Shown here: positions 24,779-32,000 of the stretch, one piece after another
Layout: each line of letters begins with the position of its first letter
Numbering within the stretch: the stretch's first letter is position 1
Assembly: GCA_016699145.1 (NCBI GenBank)
Contig: CP064962.1
Location: 330,001-362,000, forward strand
Origin: Candidatus Saccharimonadota bacterium
GTDB taxonomy: Bacteria; Patescibacteriota; Gracilibacteria; UBA1369; 2-02-FULL-48-14
Length of the DNA: 32,000 nucleotides
Direction of reading: 5' to 3'
Program-made: the position numbers and the translations under genes
The notes under the pieces: model-generated
Seen by the model: the letters and a program-made list of their open reading frames with translations, nothing else
What the model was told of the DNA's origin: nothing
The model's database searches: none

Positions 24779-25168
24779 ATGAGCAGAACTTTCTCCGTCT
24801 CAGAAGCGAATCGGGCACTGCTTTTTGTGAAACCCGTGATTGAAGATCTGCAAGCCCTGATCTTTAACCTGGCCGCATGGCAAAAAAATCCCGAAGGATT
24901 TTTCATAAAAGAACTGGATGAAAAAATTCGAAAAATCCAATATCACTTTGAAGAGCTCAAACAAGTGGGCTGCCTCTGCCGCGACCCTGAACGCGGCCTC
25001 GTGGACTTTCCCAGTTTTTACAGAAACGAACCTGTGTTTTTATGCTGGAGCTTGGGTGAAGAAGCCGTGACGCATTGGCATCACATTCAAGAAAACAATG
25101 AGCAGCGCAAACCCATCGACGAACTCTTTTTAGAAGCCAACTCTAAAAGCCCTCAAGCAGTTGCATGA
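24779..25168 (+). CDS. DUF2203 family protein
   Basis: 129 aa. The N-terminus is FSVSEANRALLFVKPVIEDL. The C-terminal part is RDPERGLVDFPSFYRNEPVFLCWSLGEEAVTHWH. Both match the pattern I recall for DUF2203. Confidence 0.65.
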   Translation: MSRTFSVSEANRALLFVKPVIEDLQALIFNLAAWQKNPEGFFIKELDEKIRKIQYHFEELKQVGCLCRDPERGLVDFPSFYRNEPVFLCWSLGEEAVTHWHHIQENNEQRKPIDELFLEANSKSPQAVA

Positions 25169-26620
25169 GCATGGCCTCGTTGAGCAATTCCACTTGAGAA
25201 AGTTTATCGTCCTCAAACAGCGGTGCCTCTGAATCGTGAGCCCGCACTTCAGGTCCTTCCCGCTGCAAGCCTCTCCACTTTTCTTGCAAGGCCGGGTCCA
25301 AGTTTTGAACAGGTTCATATCGAGCTTCCTTCCCTGTGAGCAGCAGCGTGTTGAAACTGCCGGGAATGGGCGCGCTAAACACCTCTCCAAAAGGATGGGC
25401 TAAAGTGTTTTCAAAAACCGTCAAAAACTCACTTTCACCAGAAGCCACATTGACCGCAAGTAGACCGCCCTCATTCAAATGCTCGGCACAAAGCTCAAAA
25501 AATTCACGAGTGGCAAGATGAGCCGGAATGCTGGCTCCGTGATACGCATCCACCAAAATCAAATCGTAACGCTGTGAACTCTGGAGTAAAAAAGCGCGCG
25601 CATCCGAATGGAACAAGTCGAGTTTTGCAGAATCCAGCCCCATATAAGCCTTGGAAAGGGCGCTCACTTCGGGGTCCAGCTCCACGCCCGTGATTTCAAG
25701 TTCAGGGTAATAAGCATTGAAAAGACGTGTAAAAGTGCCCCCTGCATGACCCAAAATCAGCACAGATTGAGGGTCTTCAAGCATGGTGGGTAAAACGGCA
25801 AAATAATTGTAATAATAATGGGAATCCAGCAAAGATGAAGAAGGATCATAAACGGACTGGGTGATCATAATGGTATCAATATGCAGTCGGCGAAGCCCTT
25901 TTTCATCTTGAGTGATGAAGATAAAACCATAAGGAGAATCGACAGCGGCAATCATGTCAGCCCGAGCATAAACGTGAGGTACAAACAAAAAAAGACTGAG
26001 CAGCAGCATCGTCGCACCCAAAAAAGTCGGTTTTTAAGTCCGTAAACAGCAAGGAAAAGCAAGACGAATCCGAGCACCAAAAACGTCTTTGTGGTGCCCA
26101 ATAAAGGGATCAAGAAAAAGGTGGGCAAAAACGTGCCAACCAAGCTCCCCAAAGTAGAAACCATGGACAGCCGACCCGAAACGGAGGCCACATGCTCGGC
26201 ACTGGGTTGAAGCAATTTTAAGGTGAAAGGAACCATCATCCCAAGCATAAAAAGTGGCAGCAGAAAAAACAAAGCCGCAATGAACAAAGAGCCCAAACGC
26301 ACCGCAAAAGCCAAATTCGGAGACAAACTCACGACCACTTCAGAAAAAAATTGAATCAAAAAAGGAATCAAAAGGATCCAAAAACCCGTAGCGGCGATCA
26401 AAGAAAAATACAGCTTCGGTTCAGGGCGTCGATCCGCCAGCTTGCCTCCATAAAAATAGCCGCCTGCCAAAGCCAACAAAACCACCGCAATCACGTTGGT
26501 CCACACATAAAGCGAATTGCCAAAATAAGGAGCCAGCAAGCGTGAAGCACTGAGTTCAACTCCCATCACAACCGCTCCACAGAGCGCCGCCGAAACAAAG
26601 TAAACAAAACGAGACTTCAT
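25143..26620 (-). pseudogene. fused polytopic-membrane / spermidine-synthase-like protein, split by a 1-nt frameshift
   Basis: The N-terminal ORF (26620-25952) is a multi-TM domain with the family signature GVELSASRLLAPYFGNSLYVWTNVIAVVLLALAGGYFYGGKLADR. The C-terminal ORF (26021-25143, other frame) is the aminopropyl/methyltransferase fold (AAVDSPYGFIFITQDEKGLRRLHID..., VLILGHAGGTFTRL, YDLILVDAYHG). The frames can be joined at the minus-strand T6 run (plus-strand A6 at 26020-26025) to give ..VYGLKNRLF/LGATMLLLSLFLFVPHVYA.. The total of 1478 nt equals 3n+2. Confidence 0.8.
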
Positions 26621-26696
26621 GCCTCCACTTTAAAGCGGACTAGAAAAAAAGACCAGAGTGTTGTAGCTTAGACTCACACGCTTTTTAACACTCCCT

Positions 26697-28157
26697 ATGA
26701 AACTGCTCCTTCAAGCAAAGGCCCCCAAAGCCGATCTGCTTTTCCTTGCCTTATACAAAAAAGAAAGTCTGAGCCAAACTCAAAAAGAATGTCTGGGAGT
26801 TGATAAAAAAACCGTGGAAGACCGCCTGAGCGCCAAGGACTTTGAAGGAGAAGAGGGACAAAGCCTCACTCTGTTCACCGACAAAGGCAGCCCTAAACGC
26901 ATCATTCTTTTGGGCCGCGGAGACAAAGAAAAACAAATGCCTCAATCCACCGAATATTTAGGCGCCACCATGGCAAAATTGGCCAAAACAGCCAAAGCCA
27001 AAAGTGCAGCTATTTTGTGCAGCAACGAAGATTTAAATGCCCTCAGCTGCGGTTTTGTGCTGGGTCATTACGAATTCACGCGCTACAAAAAGAAAGATCC
27101 CAAAGCCGTCTCTTTGGAGCAAGTGAGTTTTGTGAGCAACGAAACGAAAGAAGCTAAAAAAATCTTGGAGCGCACGATGGCCTTTATGCACGCCTCCAAT
27201 AGAACACGAGACCTCATCAATACGTGTGCCGGCGATTTGAACACCGAAGATTTAGCCCAAGCCGCCGTAGAATTGGGGAAAAAGTATAAACTGAAAACCA
27301 CCGTTTTCGACGACAAAAAATTAAAGAAAATGGGGTGCGGCGGACTCTACGGAATGGGCCAAGGCGCAACCGTGGGTTCCCGCATGGTGATTTTAGAATA
27401 CCGCCACAAAAGCAAGGCAAAGGTCCCTGCCCTCGCCTTGGTGGGCAAAGGCATTGTTTACGATACCGGAGGAATGAACTTCAAACCCTCAGGACACATC
27501 GAAGACATGAAGTTGGATATGAGTGGCGCCGCCACCGTCATGGGCACTTTGCAAGCTCTCAGCGAACTCCACGTGCCGGGCTATTTTGTGGGAGTGCTCT
27601 GCATTGCAGAAAATGCCCTTTCGGAACGAGCCATTCACTCTGGAGACGCCGTAAGCATGTACAACGGAAAAACCGTAGAAATCACCAACACAGACGCCGA
27701 AGGCCGCATGGTTTTGGGCGATGGACTCGCTTATGTGGAAAAAAATTACAAGCCTAAAAAAATCATCAACGTAGCCACTTTAACAGGAGCTGTAACCGTA
27801 GCTTTGGGCTATACCATCACGGGCGTTTTGGGCAACAACGATGCCTTCATCCAAGAAGTATTGGAGGCAGGAAAGGCCGTAAAAGAACGTCAATGGCCCC
27901 TCCCCTTGGACGAAGATTTTGTTAAAGCCACAAAAGGCAGCTTCACCGACCTTCAAAACAGCACCGACGGCATTCGTGCGGGCACCATCATGGGAGCCGC
28001 TTTTCTCAAAAACTTTGTGGATCATACCCCTTGGGTGCACCTGGACATTGCTGGAACCGCTTGGGTGGAGCGTCCCACGCCAACCACTCAATATGGAGCC
28101 ACTTCCGCCAGTCTAAGAACCTTGATTGAGCTGGCGATCAAAAACTCAGACGCCTAA
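26697..28157 (+). CDS. pepA: leucyl aminopeptidase (M17)
   Basis: VGKGIVYDTGGMNFKP, NTDAEGRMVLGD and ATLTGA motifs. Length 486 aa. Confidence 0.93.
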   Translation: MKLLLQAKAPKADLLFLALYKKESLSQTQKECLGVDKKTVEDRLSAKDFEGEEGQSLTLFTDKGSPKRIILLGRGDKEKQMPQSTEYLGATMAKLAKTAKAKSAAILCSNEDLNALSCGFVLGHYEFTRYKKKDPKAVSLEQVSFVSNETKEAKKILERTMAFMHASNRTRDLINTCAGDLNTEDLAQAAVELGKKYKLKTTVFDDKKLKKMGCGGLYGMGQGATVGSRMVILEYRHKSKAKVPALALVGKGIVYDTGGMNFKPSGHIEDMKLDMSGAATVMGTLQALSELHVPGYFVGVLCIAENALSERAIHSGDAVSMYNGKTVEITNTDAEGRMVLGDGLAYVEKNYKPKKIINVATLTGAVTVALGYTITGVLGNNDAFIQEVLEAGKAVKERQWPLPLDEDFVKATKGSFTDLQNSTDGIRAGTIMGAAFLKNFVDHTPWVHLDIAGTAWVERPTPTTQYGATSASLRTLIELAIKNSDA

Positions 28158-28160
28158 GCC

Positions 28161-29264
28161 TCACTCGTCATGCAGCATGTCGCGGTATTCCAACTGATAA
28201 ATGTGGAGGATGGTGATGGTCAAACTGAGTATGAGCGGACCAAAAATGATCCCTTTTATTCCAAAAACCAAAATGCCTCCTAAAACCGCCAAAAAAGTCG
28301 TGAGGGCATGAGTGCGCGTGCGCGACCCAATGAGCAGGGGGCGAGCCACATTGTCCACAAGAGAGACCAGACACACTCCCCATAAGAGAATAAAAACTCC
28401 CCAAAAGATATCCCCTTGAAGCAAAGTGACGAGTGCAATGGGCCCCCAAATTAAAGAGGAGCCTACATAAGGAATCAATAAAGCAGCAAAGGCCATTAAA
28501 GTAGACCAAAAAACCACATTGTGCACTCCAGCAATGGCCAAGCCAATACCCCCCACAATCCCTTGCATCATTGCCGTAACAAAGCTTCCCATCACAATGG
28601 CATAAGTAGTGTCACGGAGTTTATTCCCAATTTCACTCTCATAACGGTCAGGCAAAGGGCTCAGTGTTCTCAATATTTCCAAAAAACGTTCTCCATCACG
28701 GAAGAAGAAGAAAACCGTTAAAAGAAGAATGAAGAATCCAAGCACAGTATCGCGCACAGTAGCCAAAATAGAAGTGCTTTGAGCAACCAAAAAACCAGCA
28801 ACACTTTGGGTAAGATCTTTGAGGAGAGTCACCATGCTATAGACAAAATCCGAAGCACTAAAACGCTCAGCAAGCGGCTGGAAAAAAGCCCCCAGCACGG
28901 GTATCTCACTGAGTCCATCAAAGCGCAAATTGAGCACATCCCAAGTGATCCACGTGCTAGAAAGCAGTTGATAGGCATTCAAAGCTTCCTGACTTAAAAA
29001 CAAGATAAAAAAAGCGAGTGGCGTCAGCACAACAATCATCACAAAGAGCGTGCTCAAAAAGGCAGCGATATTATGGTGACGCGGCAGCAAAGTCCTCATC
29101 CACTTATACAAGGGGTAAAAAATCACCACAATGGTGGCGGCATAAATGAGAACGTTGAAAAAAGGAGAAATGATCCAAGCAAACAAAAGCAAAATGCCCA
29201 CCACAAAAAGAGCAAAAAAATAACGGGCAAAATCAGGAAGAATTAAATTTTTGGATGGATTCAT
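28161..29264 (-). CDS. AI-2E family (PerM/UPF0118) transporter
   Basis: 367 aa with about 8 TM segments. Contains the family-typical segment GIGLAIAGVHNVVFWSTLMAFAALLIPYVGSSLIWGPIALVTLL. Confidence 0.75.
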   Translation of the reverse strand: MNPSKNLILPDFARYFFALFVVGILLLFAWIISPFFNVLIYAATIVVIFYPLYKWMRTLLPRHHNIAAFLSTLFVMIVVLTPLAFFILFLSQEALNAYQLLSSTWITWDVLNLRFDGLSEIPVLGAFFQPLAERFSASDFVYSMVTLLKDLTQSVAGFLVAQSTSILATVRDTVLGFFILLLTVFFFFRDGERFLEILRTLSPLPDRYESEIGNKLRDTTYAIVMGSFVTAMMQGIVGGIGLAIAGVHNVVFWSTLMAFAALLIPYVGSSLIWGPIALVTLLQGDIFWGVFILLWGVCLVSLVDNVARPLLIGSRTRTHALTTFLAVLGGILVFGIKGIIFGPLILSLTITILHIYQLEYRDMLHDE

Positions 29265-29310
29265 AGCGTAAAGAGTTCAATGCCACCCTAGCATGCCCTT
29301 CAAGCTTTTT

Positions 29311-30144
29311 CTAGAGGCCCTCTAGATATTGACGGTACAAAATCAAAGATTCGCGAATAGCCTGAGCAATAGGGCGCAAATGAATGCCCTCGCTTTCCAA
29401 TTTTTTCACCGAAAGTCCACAATTGGAGCGTCTCGCTCGAGTGAGTTTTTCCATTTCCTCAACAGTGAAAAGCTCATAGCGATATTCCGGATCCACAAGC
29501 TCAATGTAAAGGTCTAAAATTTCTTTATGCGTGATCACACCCGGATTGGTCACATTGTAAATACCCGTGGCCCTTTTTTGAATGAGCACCTTTGCGGCTT
29601 TCATAAAATCTTCCAGCACGCTGATGGAATTGGGCACCGAAATGACTTTAGGATATTTTAAAATTTTAGTGATGAAATTGCGCTCGCCGGGCACGCTGTC
29701 AAAAGGCATGCGCAGACGCAATTGTAAAACCTCAAAATCTTTGAGCATACGCTCGCTCCACGCCTTGGTTCTTGAATAATAACTGCCCTCAAAATTGGGC
29801 GTATCTTCTTCCGAGTACCCTTCGCCATTTTTATAACCTTCATACACACAACCGCTGCCGATGTGCACCATATAAAGCCCCAAGGCCTCGCAAGCCCGAG
29901 CCAAAATAACCGGCGCCACTGCATTCGAAAACAAGGTTTCCATTTTATGATCTTCACACCAATCCACATTGGGCCGCCCCGTCTTTCCCGCACAGTTCAC
30001 CACCACCTCCGGTTTTTGGGCTTCCAACTCGGCTTTTACACTGGAGTAATCTTCAATCCGAACTTTAGAAATCACGGCTTCCGGCGCAAAGGCCTCCAAA
30101 AAATGCTGCGCAATGTATCCTTGGCCAAAAATAAGAATTTTCAT
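29311..30144 (-). CDS. NRS/ER-like (UDP/dTDP-4-keto-6-deoxyhexose 3,5-epimerase/4-reductase type) SDR; RmlD-superfamily
   Basis: Colinear with the plant NRS/ER / UER1 protein as I recall it: AGKTGRPNVDWCEDHKMET, GSGCVYEG, EEDTPNFEGSYYSRTKAWSERMLK, LRLRMPF...ERNFITKILKY.KVISVPNS, GIYNVTNPGVITHKEILDLY and RSNCGLSVKKLE. Confidence 0.78.
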   Translation of the reverse strand: MKILIFGQGYIAQHFLEAFAPEAVISKVRIEDYSSVKAELEAQKPEVVVNCAGKTGRPNVDWCEDHKMETLFSNAVAPVILARACEALGLYMVHIGSGCVYEGYKNGEGYSEEDTPNFEGSYYSRTKAWSERMLKDFEVLQLRLRMPFDSVPGERNFITKILKYPKVISVPNSISVLEDFMKAAKVLIQKRATGIYNVTNPGVITHKEILDLYIELVDPEYRYELFTVEEMEKLTRARRSNCGLSVKKLESEGIHLRPIAQAIRESLILYRQYLEGL

Positions 30145-30156
30145 AAGGAAAAAATC

Positions 30157-30711
30157 TCACAGAGAGTCCCAATAGTCAAATTGCAAATAGCTCAAATGCT
30201 CTCCAGGAATCAGGGCAAAGTGCAAATGTTTGCGCTCGCCATCGGTTTCTTCGCTATACGCCTCCCCTAAAAACCCCAAGATTTGCCCTGTTTTCACCTC
30301 ATCGCCCACAGAAACAGTCAAGGAGGAACGATCCACATGTCCATACAAAGCCAAAAGAGTTTCCCCTTGCAAAGAGTAACGAAGCACCAAAACCCCACCA
30401 TAACCCTCCACTTCGCTTGCCGCAAAGACCTCTCCATCGGCAATCGAAAACACCGGCACATCCTCGGACAAATCGCCAGCTTCCACATCCACCCCGGTGT
30501 GGTACCCCTTAAAACGCTCCGGTTGCAAGCTTCAAGTAGGTGAAACTTTATCCGAGGATGGAAAGGCAGATCCGTCAAAACCAAATTCAACCCTTCTTGT
30601 AAATTTTTCTCCAGCAAATACAACGGGAAATTTATCGATCATCAGAAGAAACCATGGACAAGTCATCGATAGCATTGACTGTAATGGGATTGGCGTAACA
30701 ACAAGATGCAC
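30157..30711 (-). pseudogene. M23 (LytM-type) metallopeptidase with an in-frame TGA and a degraded 5' region
   Basis: The catalytic domain is intact: GYHTGVDVEAGD (HxxxD), PVFSIADGEVF, ALYGHVD, and GERKHLHFALI (HxH). The same frame continues upstream as ..DKFPVVFAGEKFTRRVEFGFDGSAFPSSDKVSPT-TGA-SLQPERFKGYHTGVD, with the TGA at 30532-30534. It is closed by TAA and TAG at 30712-30720. No signal peptide is evident. The intact ORF from the TTG at 30528 is only 123 aa. Confidence 0.72.
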
Positions 30712-30844
30712 CTACCATTACGGTGAAAATGAAAAGACAGTAGCAACAGACCTGGTGTCGGATTTACTTCTTGCAGCAAATTCAGCATGCGATGCCTTTA
30801 GAGCAGTGCAGCAAACGCCGTTCACACCCACTTTTAATGAACCT

Positions 30845-30864
30845 CCCCGAGCTTACGCTCGGGG
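30845..30864. repeat. IS-end hairpin (8-bp stem ccccgagc/gctcgggg, loop ttac)
   Basis: Read directly from the sequence. It lies immediately downstream of the tnpA stop (30867). Confidence 0.8.
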
Positions 30865-30866
30865 TT

Positions 30867-31300
30867 TCAGCCTAGTTCAAGCTGCGCTTGGCCCGCATCT
30901 TCTTCGCCCTGTTGTTGGATATACTTTCGAATGACCTCCTCGTTAATCCCAACTGTGGAGGCAAAGTAACCTGCCGACCAAATACTTCTCGTCCCCCAGT
31001 ACACTTTTCTAAGAAACGGAAACTTTATGTTCAACTCACGAGCTGTGTTGGCTTTTATTATTCTCACCACCTCTCCCCTGCTATTTGTGGAGGTATGGAA
31101 ATTAAAATATGTACATGGTCTAAATCCGTGTTTACCTCTTTCACCACCAGTTCCGGATAGTACTTCGGAATATCCTTCATCACTTCCTGCAGAAAAGCCA
31201 ACACACCTTCGTTGAATATCTTCCGACGGTATTTGGTCGGCCAAACTAAGTGATAGTCACAGATGAAAACTGCGTGTGAGCTTTTTCGTAGCTTCTTCAT
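30867..31300 (-). pseudogene. tnpA: IS200-type Y1 transposase TnpA, with a 1-nt frameshift
   Basis: Frame A (31300-31064) gives MKKLRKSSHAVFICDYHLVWPTKYRRKIF...DLDHVHILISIPPQIAGERW*, which includes the HUH motif (HVH). Frame B continues as ..SRGEVVRIIKANTARELNIKFPFLRKVYWGTRSIWSAGYFASTVGINEEVIRKYIQQQ, which includes the catalytic Tyr region. The frames switch near 31081-31090. The total of 434 nt equals 3n+2. Confidence 0.8.
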
Positions 31301-31345
31301 GCCTCCACTTTACACCACCACGAAGATGCGGGCACCCACTACATC

Positions 31346-31365
31346 CCTCGGGCTTACGCCCGGGG
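31346..31365. repeat. IS-end hairpin (8-bp stem cctcgggc/gcccgggg with one G-T pair, loop ttac)
   Basis: Read directly from the sequence. It lies 45 nt upstream of the tnpA ATG (31300), in the same orientation and with the same loop as the hairpin at 30845-30864. Confidence 0.8.
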
Positions 31366-31395
31366 AACTACGTCAGTTGATTAGATCCATTTGAT

Positions 31396-32000
31396 CTAAT
31401 TTGCTCCTAGTTTACTGCTAGACAGATACTCAATCTTGCCGGTATCTAGATGAAGCGCAAAAGTTGAAAAGTAATCGCTATCCGTACTAGGACCGATATA
31501 ACTCAACGTATCCTCATCTATCCATTGAGCTGAAAAGCCTACGTTATAATAAGGCTCTATTGCTTCAATGTCATAGGGATCCACTGAAACAAAATGGCTA
31601 TCTTGAAAATTTAAAACGTAAATCAGAGTACTGTGTGGAAAAGCCGCAGTAACATTGTCATTGATCGCAGTGATCACCAGTTGATCATAATCAGGACTCC
31701 AATTTCCTATCGAGGCACGCGTCTCCTTTGAAAAAGTGACTAGCGTGCTGACTTCATCTGTATAACGAGAATACAATTTGATAGAGGCCATATCGTGATC
31801 AACTCCTTTCGGTAAACCGTCATGAACTCCATATACGAAAAAATCCTCGTTGACAGATGAAATTTTTTCATTCATATGATAAGAGCCATCGAGAGGATAA
31901 GAACAGTGAACCTCTTCAGGACAAATCATTGGATCTCCATCCTTGTCCAGGAATTGAATAGTACAAGTAGAATCTTCACAAGTATTGGTCACCTTAAAAG
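31396..32000 (-). CDS. hypothetical protein; the 5' end probably lies beyond the window
   Basis: The ORF is open to the right edge; the track start at 31992 is a GTG and the frame has no stop upstream. Its composition looks beta-rich (..FFVYGVHDG.., ..LIYVLNFQDSHFVSVDPYD..). No family recognised. Confidence 0.5.
   Translation of the reverse strand, partial: FKVTNTCEDSTCTIQFLDKDGDPMICPEEVHCSYPLDGSYHMNEKISSVNEDFFVYGVHDGLPKGVDHDMASIKLYSRYTDEVSTLVTFSKETRASIGNWSPDYDQLVITAINDNVTAAFPHSTLIYVLNFQDSHFVSVDPYDIEAIEPYYNVGFSAQWIDEDTLSYIGPSTDSDYFSTFALHLDTGKIEYLSSSKLGAN

Larger units (their letters stand above)
30841..31365 (-). mobile_element. IS200/IS605-family insertion sequence (tnpA only; outer boundaries not resolved)
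   Basis: A Y1 (HUH) transposase gene is flanked by two near-identical, directly oriented 25-nt segments. Each forms a hairpin with a TTAC loop: acctccccgagcttacgctcgggg (30841-30864) and acatccctcgggcttacgcccgggg (31341-31365). Confidence 0.75.

Noticed and set aside
29311-29325. 15-nt palindrome ctagaggccctctag
   Set aside because: It lies within the last five codons and stop of the NRS/ER-like gene (..YLEGL*). A hairpin with a 1-nt loop cannot form. Probably coincidental.
30532-30534. In-frame TGA in the M23 gene as evidence for UGA recoding (code 25 Gly, code 4 Trp, or selenocysteine)
   Set aside because: TGA clearly terminates well-conserved genes in this window at family-typical lengths (frr at 1624-1626, pilT at 4083-4085). 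No other gene needs TGA read-through. The same frame also carries TAA and TAG further upstream. A pseudogene is the simpler reading.
30497-30934. 145-aa + strand ORF bridging the M23 5' region and the IS end
   Set aside because: It crosses an IS-end hairpin and is antisense to M23-homologous sequence. It has no motif and is likely spurious.

Overview
This is a gene-dense 32-kb bacterial chromosomal window with about 40 genes. Many genes overlap by 4 bp (ATGA) or sit less than 30 nt apart, and Shine-Dalgarno sequences are almost absent. I found no rRNA, tRNA or CRISPR.

Layout:
- Positions 1-8041 (minus strand): rseP (missing from the ORF track because it runs off the edge), frr, pyrH, a small tail-anchored protein, a cNMP/GAF sensor coupled to pilT, two orphan genes, and groEL.
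- 8.1-12.2 kb: a degraded groES fragment, then two convergent ECF sigma / membrane anti-sigma-like pairs.
- 12.3-14.8 kb: an orphan gene and rny.
- 15.1-20.9 kb (plus strand): a surface protein with three lamin-tail domains, a 724-aa charged orphan, and a tight ferredoxin-like / TrxB / 2-Cys peroxiredoxin unit.
- 21-25.2 kb: two lipoproteins, nrnA, a frameshifted YdeN-type hydrolase, SOD, Bcp and a DUF2203 protein.
- 25.1-32 kb: a frameshifted fused membrane/spermidine-synthase-like gene, pepA, an AI-2E transporter, a plant/virus-type NRS/ER-like reductase, a decayed M23 peptidase, an IS200-like element with a frameshifted tnpA, and a partial orphan gene.

The gene content suggests a small-genome uncultivated lineage (CPR/Patescibacteria-like). 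That is inference only.

No recognisable defence or other headline system is present. The candidates most worth follow-up are:
- the Fd-TrxR-Prx operon, which has a degenerate NADPH motif and a Cys-rich Prx leader;
- the four-gene pilT/cNMP module;
- the groES remnant abutting an ECF cassette;
- the cluster of single-base frameshifts and nonsense lesions, which may be technical.
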